Part shown: positions 12,671 through 23,758 of the stretch, piece by piece
Position numbering within the stretch: position 1 is the stretch's first letter
Layout of the letters: every line of letters begins with the position of its first letter
Source: Rebecca billardiae RCC1528
Taxonomy: Eukaryota; Protista; Haptophyta
Length of the DNA: 64,000 bases
Assembly (NCBI GenBank): GCA_965240325.2
Contig: OZ251225.1
Span: 1,612,001 to 1,676,000 of the forward strand
Reading direction: 5' to 3'
Position numbers and translations under genes: made by a program
Notes under the pieces: generated by a model
Database searches by the model: none
What the model saw: only the letters and a program-made list of their open reading frames with translations
Told to the model about the DNA's origin: nothing

Positions 12671-14137
12671 TCAGCGGCGCGGCGCCTCCAACGCAGGTCG
12701 CCGTGGCCATCTGGCGCGGACCGCGTCGTCGAGGACCGCGAGGGTCGTCTGGTACGCCTGGCCGTACTCGCCATCCCAAATCATGACGCGGTGCCAGCGC
12801 TCCAGCCCGCGCTGCAGCGCCGCCAGCCGCTCGGCGGGCAGTTCGCGCAGAGCAGTAGCGAGCGTGGGGATCTCGCGCTTCCGGAAGCGCAGTGCGAACT
12901 CGTCGTAGGGCACGCGCGCCGTGCCTTCGAAAGGCCAGAGCACGTCTTCGGCAATGACCACCGGCACGCAACCCGCCGCCACGTAGTCTGGCACGCGCGC
13001 GGCAAAGCCCGCGCCAGTCGCATCGAGGCAGAAGCGCGCTCTCTGCATGGCCTTGAAGTAGTCGGGGAGGTGCCCGTCGACTATGACGCAGTCCGGTTCA
13101 GAGCGCAGCGTCAGCCAGAGCGCCGCTCGCACGCCCATCGAGTATGTGCCGCGGCACTCCGGCCGGTCATTCTCGGGCCGCGCGCACGAGTCGGCCGGGA
13201 GTCCGGCCGTGGGAGAGCGCGAGTGGTTCGCCGAGGGGAGGCGCGGGGCACGCACGTCGCCGGCGAAGAGCGCGAGCGTCGGTCGAAGCGAAGCGTCCGG
13301 CTCGAACGGTGCAGCAAACGTGGCCGCTGCCCGCTGCGCGAGCGAGCGCTGCCGCAGGGGCATGCGGTCGGCGACCCACGCCCGGCCCTGGCAGCAGTTG
13401 GGATTGACTGGCGGCAACACCACATCGCGCCCAATGCGCACGCAGGGCTTGCCGTGCTGATCCCCGGGTCGAGGGTCACGCAGCTCGCCCCAGAGGCCGA
13501 GCACGAAGCCGCGCCGCACCTCTGCCGGCATCGCGCACGTCGACGTGTCGCCCAGGGCGAACCAGATGTGCCGCTCGAGCGGACCCTTGAGCCCGCCGCC
13601 CGAGATCGCGCGGAGCGCGTGCAGCGGCGCGCCCGAGCCCCTGTTGGAGACATGCCACCGCCCGAGCGCACAGCAAGGCGCGCCAGTCGACAGCAGCATG
13701 CCGTTACGCACGACGGGCACCGGCGCGTACAGCAGGTCGGCCTCGGCCGGCTCGCGCGTCAGCGTGGCCGAGTCCGAGATGAGGTGCGACAGGAAGAACC
13801 AGTCTGCGTTGTGGATCAGGCGCGGCGTGCAGTTGCGCTCACGCACCGCCCGTGCGGCCCGCAAGCGCGATGGGCAGCGGCGGCGTGAGAAGGCGTTAGG
13901 CACGTCGTAGACGTAGATGCGCAGCCGGCGAGGCCCTCTTGGAGACATGGCGGTCGCTGCATCCGGTGTCCCTGGTGAGACGGTTGGCGAGGGCTCGTCA
14001 GCTAGAACCAGCTTTGAGGTGCGTCCAACCTGCAGCACGTGCTCGCGGAGCATGGTCCGAGCCTGGAGTGCTGCGATGAGGCAGGTCACAGCCGACAGCA
14101 GGGCCAGACCAGCGGCACGCCCGGCGCTTGGAGTCAT
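12671..14137 (-). CDS. Exostosin-family glycosyltransferase (GT47), type II membrane protein
   Basis: N-terminal TM anchor; LRIYVYDVP; [11 protein letters not shown]; [29 protein letters not shown]. Confidence 0.9.
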   Translation of the reverse strand: MTPSAGRAAGLALLSAVTCLIAALQARTMLREHVLQVGRTSKLVLADEPSPTVSPGTPDAATAMSPRGPRRLRIYVYDVPNAFSRRRCPSRLRAARAVRERNCTPRLIHNADWFFLSHLISDSATLTREPAEADLLYAPVPVVRNGMLLSTGAPCCALGRWHVSNRGSGAPLHALRAISGGGLKGPLERHIWFALGDTSTCAMPAEVRRGFVLGLWGELRDPRPGDQHGKPCVRIGRDVVLPPVNPNCCQGRAWVADRMPLRQRSLAQRAAATFAAPFEPDASLRPTLALFAGDVRAPRLPSANHSRSPTAGLPADSCARPENDRPECRGTYSMGVRAALWLTLRSEPDCVIVDGHLPDYFKAMQRARFCLDATGAGFAARVPDYVAAGCVPVVIAEDVLWPFEGTARVPYDEFALRFRKREIPTLATALRELPAERLAALQRGLERWHRVMIWDGEYGQAYQTTLAVLDDAVRARWPRRPALEAPRR

Positions 14138-14577
14138 CTTGGCAGGGCAGGGCGAACCCAGCCGGCAGCCATCGTGACGTTGGACGGTTGGTCACTCGTT
14201 TAATCAATATCACAGACACAGTCGTCGTCTCGTCACTGAATAGCTTACTGATCAGGACACGGACAGTCGTGGGGTGCCAGGCTACGAGCTAGCCTGGTTC
14301 TGAGAACAGTGCGGGCGGGGGCACGGAGCACACTGCCAGTGACGGCACGTATGACACAGGTGACCGAGGCGCACCGCAGTCTGCTGCCAACTTTGCAGAA
14401 TGGCAGGCGCGGCGGAGCCCATTCGACGGGCTCGCAGTGAGTCGCATCCGTGAGAAGTCATAGAATTGGAGACCGTCGAGGCCACGTCGCCATTCGACAT
14501 GAAGGTAACATTGGCGTGTCGGTGCGCCCACGCCAGTGGCAACGCGCGAGGGCGAACGTCCATCCCGGCGTGCGGAG

Positions 14578-15375
14578 TCAGCGCTTCCGCTCTTGCTTCC
14601 ACTTGTAGACGACGCGCTTGGCGTCACTGCCGTCGGCCGCAGCGACGACTCGCTTCCGCTTCGAGCCCTTACCCATGAGGGCGCGCTGGACGTCGACCTG
14701 CTTCGCCTGCTGCTCGAGCCGCTCTTTCCGCTGCGCGCGCTGCTCGAGCTCCGAGTACGCCGCCTGCCGTTGCCTGTGCACCTTTGCCACGTGCTGCGAG
14801 ATGGCACGCGGGTCCTCTTCAGCGGCAGCGTCCACGTGCCGCGGCAGGATGACCGCGCGAGAGCCCGCGAGCGCCTCTGCCCGCGGGCGGTTGAATGCGC
14901 GCTCGGCGAGCTCGGGCGCGGTATCAAAGTGGCGTGCAGGGTCGAACGCGTCAGCGTCGGCCTCGTCGTCGAAGAAGATCGTGTGCGTGCTAGGCCGCTC
15001 AGCATCGAGCTGGTGCAGGGACGCGTTCAGCTTCTGCACGCGCTGTGCCTCGGCGTTCCGTTTGGTGATGAGGTACGCGCTGTCCTGGGCCTTGAGGACG
15101 CGCATCGTGCGCGTGGGCAGCGGGGCTTTCTGCGGGCCCGCATCGTGCACGCCCTCCTTCGTCTTCGACCGCACCATGCCAAAGTAGAACTCCTCGGGGT
15201 TGCGTGTCGCCGCCTTCTCGCGGAGCAGCTTGACGCGAGCTTTCTTCGAGTTGTAGTTCTGCGCACGCAGCGAATAGTCCTTGTGCTTCTCGAGCAGCCC
15301 GAGGTGCTGCCGCGCCTTCGGCTGCGCGCGCTCCTTGTACGTCCGCCGCTTGACGGCATTGCGCAGCGAGCTCAT
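14578..15375 (-). CDS. UTP11: U3 snoRNA-associated protein 11 (SSU processome)
   Basis: MSSLRNAVKRRTYKERAQP..RQHLGLLEKHKDY; RNPEEFYFGM; C-terminal YKWKQERKR. Confidence 0.96.
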   Translation of the reverse strand: MSSLRNAVKRRTYKERAQPKARQHLGLLEKHKDYSLRAQNYNSKKARVKLLREKAATRNPEEFYFGMVRSKTKEGVHDAGPQKAPLPTRTMRVLKAQDSAYLITKRNAEAQRVQKLNASLHQLDAERPSTHTIFFDDEADADAFDPARHFDTAPELAERAFNRPRAEALAGSRAVILPRHVDAAAEEDPRAISQHVAKVHRQRQAAYSELEQRAQRKERLEQQAKQVDVQRALMGKGSKRKRVVAAADGSDAKRVVYKWKQERKR

Positions 15376-15566
15376 ACCGTCGTCGCCGCGCTGAGCTTGT
15401 CCACGTCCACCCTGCTCGGGATCCCCCGGTTGCTCACAGTGCTCACCACCGCTTGCGCACCCGTCCGGAGTTGCTTCCCGGACTTGACCCGCAGTCTCAC
15501 ACTCTCGCGACGCCATCGTCATCGTCGGCTGCGAGGTCGGCGCGGCGCGCGGCGCGTGCAAGAGCC

Positions 15567-16035
15567 ATGTCAATGGCCAACCGCCCCGAGAGCTTTGAGC
15601 TGGTCGAGCTGCCTGATGGCGTGGACAAGTGCGTCGCACGGCCCTGCGCACGCGTGCGCCGGCAGCCCCTCGTCCTGCGCTCCGCGAGGGCTCACCGCGG
15701 CCGCTCTCGCGCCACCTCGCAGGGTGACTTTCGAGAAGGACAAGAAAGTGGAAAATGCTGGCAAGTTCGTCGTTGAGCGGGAGGACCACACGCTTGGCAA
15801 CATGGTACGCATGCAGCTCCTCGAAGACGAGCGCGTATTCTTCGCCGGCTACCGCATGCCACACCCACTTGAGCACAAAATTGATATCCAGGTGCAGACC
15901 AGCGCCGACTCGACCCCGGCCGACGCGATGCTGCACTCTTGCAACAAGCTCATTGACAAGCTAAACCGATTAGAGGAGAAATTTGATGCCGAGGTTGCCA
16001 GAAAACAGCACGAGATGAGCGCCATGAACTACTGA
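15567..16035 (+). CDS. RPB11: RNA polymerase II subunit RPB11, 2 exons 15567-15628 and 15723-16035 (124 aa)
   Basis: NRPESFEL...; EREDHTLGNMVRMQLLEDERVFFAGYRMPHPL; GT-AG intron 15629-15722. Confidence 0.93.
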
Positions 16036-16292
16036 ATCGTGCGCGCACCGGCTCCGCGGTCCCAATCATGGCACTGCGCTGCAGCGTCAGCGCTCAGGCG
16101 GACGTTCACGAGTCGGGAGTGCTAGCTACATTGCTACTGTGAGATGATACTGCAGCGCCAACCAGTAACTAGTCTGTAGTGGCTGTTGCTGGCAGCGTTA
16201 ACAGCAGACTCACTCATCACTCATCTGATGACTCTGATTCTAGTCATGCTAACTAGTAACTTAAACTAACTAGCTAAGTGCTATTATTAGAT

Positions 16293-16317
16293 AATAAATA
16301 AATAAATAAATAAATAA
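16293..16317. repeat. (AAAT)n microsatellite in convergent intergenic spacer
   Basis: aataaataaataaataaataaataa. Confidence 0.9.
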
Positions 16318-16510
16318 TATATTATATTTTAATACTAATTACTGATTAGAGCAGTCACTGTCCGTCAGTGAGTCAGACCCGCGTCAATTAATTGTCAATT
16401 GATGGCGGCACAACGCTGCCCCGGCAGGGGCGGGCCAGTGACAACATCAGACTCCTCCTCACGGTTCAGACCTCAAGACCTCAAGTCTCACTCACTCGGA
16501 CGCAGTAGCT

Positions 16511-19500
16511 TCAGTACTGCAGCCGGTAGGTGGACGGTGCCATCGCGCCACCGAGCGAAATGACGCTCACCGCAGCCGAGCTGCGGCGTGCGGCTCCCCG
16601 CGCGTGCGCCGGGACAGGGTCGTGCGCGCCGTGGTGCGCACTAGGCGCATACACGCCACCCGCAAGCGAGTGGCGGCGCTCCAAGCCGCCCGTGCTCGAG
16701 AGCGCGCCAGCGTGCTGGAGGCGCGAGCTGCGCGGCAGCGCCCGGTGCGAAGGCGGCAGCCGGCGGCCGCCCTCCTGCAGCGATGACGCCACGGGCAGCT
16801 GCCGCGGCGGCTCGGTGAGAGGCTGCGTCCGCGCGGCGACGAGGGGCGGCGGCTGCGCGCGGTGCGCCGCCGAGCCCATCGACGAGCTGAGCGCGTGCGC
16901 CCGCCTTGGGGACAGCTGCGCGAGCCCGGACCCCGGCATCGCGGTCGCGGCGAAGGACGGCGGCGCGCCGGCAGGTGGCCCGTGGGTGGGCTGAGCTGCG
17001 TGCCCCGGCCTGTAGTACGCCGTCTGCTTGGAAGAGCTGCGCTCCGGGCCCGCGTGCTGCGCGCCGCCGAGCTGCGCGCCGGAGGGCGGCGCGCCGGCGG
17101 GCGCGCCCTCCTGCCGCGTGCCCAGCGGAGCCGCGGCGGCCGCCGCACTCGGCAACGCAGGCTGCGGCGCCATCGACGGCACTGCGCTGGGCGCGGCAGG
17201 AGCACGACTCGCCATGCCGCCCACGGATGTGCCCGCCTCCGCCTCGCGGCGCACCGAGCCGTAGGCGCGCGCGTGGTACACGAGTGGCGGCGCGCCGAGC
17301 GCCTCGGCCGTCGTCGTGGCGCAGACGCGCGCCGTGAGCACCCAGTGGTCGCCCGCGAGCATGGCCTGCTCGGCGGCGCACTCCATCGTGCCCTGCACGC
17401 GCGCGTCGAGCTTGGCGCCCGCGCCCGCCCCGCCGTCGCTGTCGAGGAGCACCGGCTGCGCGAGCCCGCTCGTGCTCAGCGTCCACGCCACAGGCCCGAA
17501 CGTCTCAGCGTCCGACATGCCGCGGCGCGCAAAGTGCCGCGCGAGGGACGACGAGCCCTCGGCGAGCACGTGCAGTGAGAATGGCGAGCCGGTCGCGCGG
17601 CCGGCCTCGCCGACCAGCAGCGCCTCGGCGCGCGAGCCCACCGCGACGTTGAGCGAGACCATGGGCGGCGTCATCGAGCAGCACGTGACGGAGGAGACGG
17701 TGACGCCGATGCGCCGCCCGCGCGCGCGCGCGGTCAGCACGCACACCTGCTGCGCCGTGTGCGTGAGCAGTGCGCGGAGGTTGGACTGGCACTCCGCCAG
17801 CTCGGACGAGCTCATCGGCGCGCCGGCGGGCGGCGCGGCGGAGGCTGGGGCGAGCGGCCGCGCCGCGGGAGCGCTCGCGCCGTCCGCGGGCGCGTCCGCC
17901 TCTGCGACCGGCGCGCAGCTGAAGGCGACGGCTGAGCCGCCGGCGCCGGCGCCGCCCGTCGCCGCAGGCCCCGCGGGCCCCGTCCAGAGCTCCGATGCGG
18001 AGGAGGAGGACACGGACACGGACGGAGAGCGCAGGGCGGAGTGCACGGCGGTCGACTTGGCGCCGCCGATGCCTGGCGGGGGCTCCAGCTGCCGCCGGCG
18101 CTGCCGCGCGTGCCAGCCCGTCGCGGCGAGGATGAGCGCGCACACGTGCCTGCGCAGCGCCGCGCGCGCGCTCGGCGAGTCTGCCCCCAGCACGGCGCTC
18201 AGCCGCGTGGCCGTGGCACCGCCGCCGCGGAAGCTTCCGCGGAAGCTTCCGCGGAAGCCCCCGGGCCCGGTCTCGCCAGTGCCAGCGGCTTCGAGGCCGA
18301 GGTCGACGTGTGCTGAGTGGTCGACCAGCTCGGCTGACAGCGAGCGCGCCAAGAGCTCGTCGCTCTCGCCCACGCCCGTCCCGCGCATGTCGACCTCCTC
18401 CTCGTCCTCACTGCGCGCGCCCGCGCTGCCCGCGCCATCTGCGTCGTCATCGTCGGCGTCGGCTCCGCCCTCATCGGTCGCGGGGGAGCCTTTCTCGGCG
18501 GCACCGGCGTCGAGCGCTCCGCCCTTCTTGCTCGCGGTCCTTCGGAGCACGCGCCGAGGCTTGGTACGCGCACGCGACTGCTGCTGCTGCCCCGACGGCT
18601 GCTCCACCCCGTCTCGGGCCGCGGCGGCCACCGCCTCGAGTTCTCGGCACCGGGCGGTGAGCGAGCGCTGCTGGGACAACACGTTGGAGTACTTCTTCTT
18701 GAACACCTGTGCGCGCGACGGGGGTGGCGGCGCGCGCGCAGAGGGCGCGTGAGTGCGGGTGTGCCACGCGCGGCGGGCGGGCGCGGCATACACGCCATCG
18801 CTCACGGGGCTCCAGCCGCGCAACCCCACGCGCGCCGGCAACAATCGCGGTTTGGGCGGCGTGGGGGGCCCCGATGGCTGTTTCGCGGGCAAGGGCTGTC
18901 GGGTCGTGTGTAGTGAGCGGTGCGCGTGACTCTGCGCACGCTCGTCTATTCCACGCCCCGGTAGTGTGTTCTGGCGCCGACGCTCTCGCAGGCTCGCCCA
19001 TCGCCTCGAGGCAGCCCGCGCCTCTAATGCGTTGCGCTCGCGCGGTGCCGCAGTGGGCGGAGGACCCCGCGCGGCGCGCGCGCTGGCGTGGGGAGTGCTG
19101 GCGCGCACCTCGCCCTCGCGCACGGCCGTCTCGAGCTCCATCTTGGTGCGCTCGAGCTCCGTCACGCGCGCCTTGAGCTGCCCCGTCGCCACGAACGACT
19201 TCTCGTGCTCCTCCCGCAGGCGGCGCGTCTCAGTGCGCATCGACCCAATCTCGCGCGCCTGCCGCTTCGCGTCCGAGCGGAAGGAGGCGACGTTGACGAG
19301 GCGGTTCTCGTCCTCGTCGGCGCACTCGATCACAGCCGTCGACCCCTCCCAGCGCACGCGGCCGTGGCCGCGCAGGTGGTGCTTGGACACGGTGCAGTTG
19401 CACGTCTGCTCGGGCGGCGTTCCCTCGTACGTCTCAAACCCAATCAGCGTCTTGAAGTTGACGTGGTCGGCCTCGGCGCACGGGGAGCCGTCGCAGGTGT

Positions 19501-19597
19501 GCACGATCCAAGGCAGCCCCTTCTTGCCCTCCGCGCGCAGCGGGAGCGGTATGAAGTGCACGAAGACGGGCGCTGAGCCCGTCGTCGCCCCGCCCAT
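16511..19597 (-). CDS. Multidomain protein: His/Cys-rich N-terminal domain, coiled coil, flavin reductase-like domain; probable in-frame intron 18707-19108
   Basis: VCVLTAR..GVTVSSVTCCSMTPPMVSLNV..FSLHVL..LARHFA..AGDHWVLTARV..PLVY is the Flavin_Reduct pattern (~17260-17785); GAG|GTGCGC and ACAG|GTG splice sites flank a non-coding-like segment. Confidence 0.75.
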   Translation of the reverse strand: MGGATTGSAPVFVHFIPLPLRAEGKKGLPWIVHTCDGSPCAEADHVNFKTLIGFETYEGTPPEQTCNCTVSKHHLRGHGRVRWEGSTAVIECADEDENRLVNVASFRSDAKRQAREIGSMRTETRRLREEHEKSFVATGQLKARVTELERTKMELETAVREGEVRASTPHASARAARGPPPTAAPRERNALEARAASRRWASLRERRRQNTLPGRGIDERAQSHAHRSLHTTRQPLPAKQPSGPPTPPKPRLLPARVGLRGWSPVSDGVYAAPARRAWHTRTHAPSARAPPPPSRAQVFKKKYSNVLSQQRSLTARCRELEAVAAAARDGVEQPSGQQQQSRARTKPRRVLRRTASKKGGALDAGAAEKGSPATDEGGADADDDDADGAGSAGARSEDEEEVDMRGTGVGESDELLARSLSAELVDHSAHVDLGLEAAGTGETGPGGFRGSFRGSFRGGGATATRLSAVLGADSPSARAALRRHVCALILAATGWHARQRRRQLEPPPGIGGAKSTAVHSALRSPSVSVSSSSASELWTGPAGPAATGGAGAGGSAVAFSCAPVAEADAPADGASAPAARPLAPASAAPPAGAPMSSSELAECQSNLRALLTHTAQQVCVLTARARGRRIGVTVSSVTCCSMTPPMVSLNVAVGSRAEALLVGEAGRATGSPFSLHVLAEGSSSLARHFARRGMSDAETFGPVAWTLSTSGLAQPVLLDSDGGAGAGAKLDARVQGTMECAAEQAMLAGDHWVLTARVCATTTAEALGAPPLVYHARAYGSVRREAEAGTSVGGMASRAPAAPSAVPSMAPQPALPSAAAAAAPLGTRQEGAPAGAPPSGAQLGGAQHAGPERSSSKQTAYYRPGHAAQPTHGPPAGAPPSFAATAMPGSGLAQLSPRRAHALSSSMGSAAHRAQPPPLVAARTQPLTEPPRQLPVASSLQEGGRRLPPSHRALPRSSRLQHAGALSSTGGLERRHSLAGGVYAPSAHHGAHDPVPAHARGAARRSSAAVSVISLGGAMAPSTYRLQY

Positions 19598-20797
19598 GGG
19601 TTCGCCGGCAAGGGCGGCGGCAGCCCTCCTCCGCGGGCGGGGGGAGAAACAACTCGCAGCGTCCTCTCGAGACGTTTCACGTCCAACTTGTTCCAGCTTC
19701 AGACCCGCGGACGAACCGGAATCGGGCTCGCACCTTTCAGAGGCCTCGCGAATCCACGATGGCTTCAGCCCCGCGTGCGTGGGACGTCGCGCACAAGGCC
19801 ATCGTCACGGGCCTGTTTGCGACCACGATCCTGGCGGGCTCATTCGTGTTCCTCAATGTGGGCAACATCTTCCAGCGAGCGTACACACGGCGACAGGAGC
19901 AGCAAAAATAGGTCGTAAGACGTTCATGGCCGGCGCGGGTTTGGCAAGGCAGCACCGCGGCTGCCAGCGCCACGGCTTGCGGGTGGTGACCTCTTTTTGC
20001 ACATCGCTGCTGCGCCAGAAGCTCCCATCAGGGACGCCGGCCCCGGCACAGAGCGCCAAATGCGCATCCCCCTACCACCAGCTGCACACCAGATGATGCA
20101 CTGTCCATTTGCTGTGGCTGGCCGGCGCCGATATCAGCGCCAGCTAACACAAGCTGCGCAGCTAAATGGACACGGCGAGCCAATGATCCCCGCTTGGACC
20201 TAAGGATTCAACGTTGTGATCGAGCCCACGATCGTGACCGGGCTGAGTCGTGGCCGGGCGGTTGCCGGACGCTGGTCGCTCGCCACTCGGTGCCACGGTG
20301 CTCGGCAGCGGCCCGGTCCGCGGCCCGCGGTCTGCGCACTGTGAGAACAACGCTTTCAAATGGCATGCTGGGCCCGAGACCGAGTCGCTGACCAGACTTT
20401 GTCATTGTTGGCAGCAGTCGTTGGCATTGCCGCCGCGCGGCCGAGTCGGAGTGCGAGCTCAACGGTGCGACTGACGGCGACATGTCTATCACAGATTATC
20501 AGGCATCAAGTACTCAATTACTATTACTAATGCTGTGCGCATATATGACCGCGTTCCGCGGTCCTTTTCTGCATAGAATCAACGCAGTTGGGGGCCCGCG
20601 GTGGCCGTGCAATCGCGGCTCTCCGCCGTAGTGGCAGTTCGCCAGTTGAAGTCGGTTCTGAGATGACTGAAGCTATATTAGTCCGACCGTCGCCCTGCCT
20701 GCGCGACCGCGAGACTCACTTCACACTTCACACAATCACAGCAGCGGACCTGAGACCGCACCCGGCACCGGTCGTCAAATCGGACGTCCGTCTGACA

Positions 20798-20945
20798 ACT
20801 AGCTGCCAAATGTCCAACTGGCTGATCAGCTCGGATCCGACCCGTCCGCGATCGTGCCATCGGCATCGGAATTACTACTAGTAGCTGCCAAACTGTGTCC
20901 AACTCTGGCTGATCAGCTCGGATCCGACCCGTCCGCGATCGTGCC
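20798..20945. repeat. Imperfect ~60-bp direct repeat, 2 copies (20798-20858, ~20882-20945)
   Basis: tagctgccaaa..tgtccaact..ggctgatcagctcggatccgacccgtccgcgatcgtgcc occurs twice. Confidence 0.9.
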
Positions 20946-22103
20946 GAGTGAGTCGTGCCGCGGAGCTCGGAGTACTGAAGGAGTCGGGTGTGACAGCAGG
21001 GTGCTTTAGCGCTGCGGCCCGTGCCAGCCAACGACCAGACGTACTCTGGCCACTTGACCCGTTGCACGGGTGAGTGACCGTAGTCCGTACGCCCTGCCTA
21101 GTGCCTACCGCGCGCGCCGCGCGACCGGCGACTCGGGGTGATGGAGAGCGGATGGCGACAGCAGCAGCAGTCCTCATGAAGACGATGAAACTGGCGGCAC
21201 GGGTGCACGAGGTGGCAGGCGAAAGCGCGCCGACGAGACCGCATTTGACACACCTGAGCCGCACGCGCGTGCCGTCGCCGAGCGGCGAGCGCTGCAAACG
21301 CGCAACCGTACCGCGCGCGCCACGACGGCGCGGCACTAGCTGATGCAGGCCGTACTGCCGGCACTGCTTCTGCGATCATGCGCCACGGTCGCAGCTGACT
21401 GCGTGAGCAGCAAGCGGGAGGCGGGTCCGGAGGCACGTGCAGGCGCCGTCCCGCATATCCGCCATCGCCCATCGTGCCGGGGCACGTCACCTCCGACGAT
21501 CCGGATGTGGCCCAGTCCGGACGTCACGCGATCCGGGAAGACGAGTACGATTCGCTCGTAACGAACCGTTACACTAATGTCACGTCCAGCTGACGTCCAG
21601 ATCGCACTTTACTTAAGGGAATCAGCTGGGCGCGGGTTTTTTTGGCCTGATAGACCTCTCAATGCGATCTCAAAAACTCGAAACTCGGTCTCCGCCAGCC
21701 CTAAAAATCGCCCCCCGTCCCTTTTTTTCCGCCGCCCCCCGTCCCTTTTTTCTTGATCAAAGATCTTTTTGAAACGTGGTTCGGGCCCGCTGGTGCGGGC
21801 TCCACGCTGCGCGCTCCGCCCTGCACCGCGGGCCATCATCATCAAATATGAGCGCCTAATCGGCAGCAGTAATTAATAGCAACGTTGATTATTCATCTCA
21901 GATATGTGACGACTGACGATCAGGAACTCAGTCGTATTAAAGTTATTATTAGCTGCTTACCAGGTCCATCAGGGGCGTTCCCCGCACTACTGGTCATATA
22001 CGCCGTGATATACGCCACTTAATCGAACGGCGAACGTTCCTATTGAAATTGGCTTCCTCTATTTCAAGCGGGTACATTTGATTACGGCCCGCGCCAGTCC
22101 GGT

Positions 22104-22145
22104 AGCAATGCCCCCCCCCCAGGGGGGGGGGGGGGGGGCATTGCT
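22104..22145. repeat. Inverted repeat agcaatg-C10-a-G17-cattgct
   Basis: Direct reading; the arms are reverse complements. Confidence 0.85.
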
Positions 22146-22613
22146 TTCGGGAGCGTGTGGCAGGATCCCGGGAACGCCCTCGGTGACATCTTCGCCTGAT
22201 GATTCAATCAGGCAATCAGCAGCAGTATTATTGATGACTCGTGAGCTATTAAGCGCGCGATAGCGAGTCCGCGGGCGCGGCCGCGCCTGCGTTGAGTCAC
22301 ACGCCCACAGGAGGCTTCAGCAGTAGTACGAGTCACGTTACTGGTAACTGCTGGTGACTCGATGTCATACCGTACTAGCAGTACGACTACCCATCTCGGA
22401 TTTAATCGGCGGGCCGCGGGCGCGGGCCCCGCGCGGGCCGGGCCGCGGTTAACTTCGCGGTCAGCGCGCGACATCTCAATCTGTGATCTGACGAGACGAA
22501 TAAACGGCGGTACTGTACCCGTTTACTACTGGGGCGGCGGGGCCATCAAGTATGAGCGCGGCGCGTCATCATCATTATGACGATTATCTCAGAGACAGAG
22601 TCATAATGAGCCG

Positions 22614-23555
22614 CTAGCGCATACGCTTCTCCAAGAAGCGCTGCTTCTTGAGGTACCCGATAGGAATGTCCTCGGACGCGTCCGGCTTGCGCTTCGGTGC
22701 GCTCGGTTGCGGCCCGCCCCTCGGCTCGGCGTCGCGCTCGGTGGGTCCTGCACCCGCGCTCGGCCGGAGCACCTTGCCGAGGACGGCCTTGTCCAGCGCG
22801 GGCGCGCTCTCGGCCGTCGGTGCGGTGAGCACGGGCTTCTGGCCGAACATGCGTCGCACCCGCATGGCGCTCGCCGAGCTCGACGCGCCATCGGCACGTC
22901 GGCCGGCCGCGTCATCATCCCCGCCCGCATCCGCGCGCTGCGCCGCTTCGCGCGCGCCCGCCTCGGCCTCGGCCTTCCCGCCTCCGCCCGCGCCGCGCCC
23001 TCGCTTTCGGCTGGCCATCGCGTCGATGGCCTTGGAGCGGCTGACCTGCTGCATGTAGAAGGTGTTCTCGCGCTTGGCCTGCGCGAGCTCAAGCCGCAGC
23101 TTCTGCTCCCGCACCTTCGCCTCGTGCGCCAGCCGCTCGGTCAGGTCGTTCCACTTGAACTTGGGCAGGTACTTGATGTTCCACAGGTCCGAGGCATAGA
23201 AGCCGCGCTTGTTGCCGCCGATCGCCGAGTTGTTGAGCGTGGTGGCGAGGCGCTTCGCGACGCGCTTATCGGCGAACTCGACCCAGCCCTCCGTGAACAT
23301 CTGCTTCCGGTTCCCTCCCGACCGGATCCGCTTGGCCCGCACGGTCTTGTCCTCGGGCGCGAGGTAGATGCGCAGCACGTCCGTGCCAAAGCCGGAGAGG
23401 AGCTGGCGCAGCTTCTGCGGCTTGAGGTAGGGCGGGACGCGAGCGATGTAGCAGACGCCCTTTCGCTCGTTCTCCTCGTTGAACTTGACCAGGCGCTTCT
23501 TCGAGAGGTTCCTGAGCGGGGCCACTCGCTTCGCGACACCTTCAGCGTCTGCCAT
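22614..23555 (-). CDS. ESF2: Pre-rRNA processing protein ESF2/ABT1
   Basis: GVCYIARVPPYLKPQKLRQLLS; RIYLAPED; FTEGWVEF; DLWNIKYLPKFKWNDLTE. Confidence 0.96.
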   Translation of the reverse strand: MADAEGVAKRVAPLRNLSKKRLVKFNEENERKGVCYIARVPPYLKPQKLRQLLSGFGTDVLRIYLAPEDKTVRAKRIRSGGNRKQMFTEGWVEFADKRVAKRLATTLNNSAIGGNKRGFYASDLWNIKYLPKFKWNDLTERLAHEAKVREQKLRLELAQAKRENTFYMQQVSRSKAIDAMASRKRGRGAGGGGKAEAEAGAREAAQRADAGGDDDAAGRRADGASSSASAMRVRRMFGQKPVLTAPTAESAPALDKAVLGKVLRPSAGAGPTERDAEPRGGPQPSAPKRKPDASEDIPIGYLKKQRFLEKRMR

Positions 23556-23758
23556 TCCACGCCGCTGTGCCCAGCCAGGCTCCCGACCAGAACTGCACCG
23601 GACCGGCCGGACTGATCAGGAATAACGGCATTCGGTTACGTCCAGCTCTTATTGATTTCCGGGCGATGCGCCATCGTCACCGCGCTGCAACTTCGCGACC
23701 ACTACGGTCGGGGACTCCGCCACCCCCGACACAGCGCGCACGCGCGCGGCCGGGGAGG

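Noticed and set aside
14536-15720. Long upstream extensions of the RPB11 and UTP11 ORFs
   Set aside because: Each is the antisense of the other gene; the real starts are 15567 and 15375
20798-20945. Direct repeats as a CRISPR array (also 54062-54354)
   Set aside because: Only two long copies, no spacer series, no cas genes, eukaryotic context
19688-21560. Short ORFs in the gene-free gap (also 11100-12270, 42600-43000, 57450-57750)
   Set aside because: No motifs or coding-like codon bias; possibly decayed sequence but not assignable
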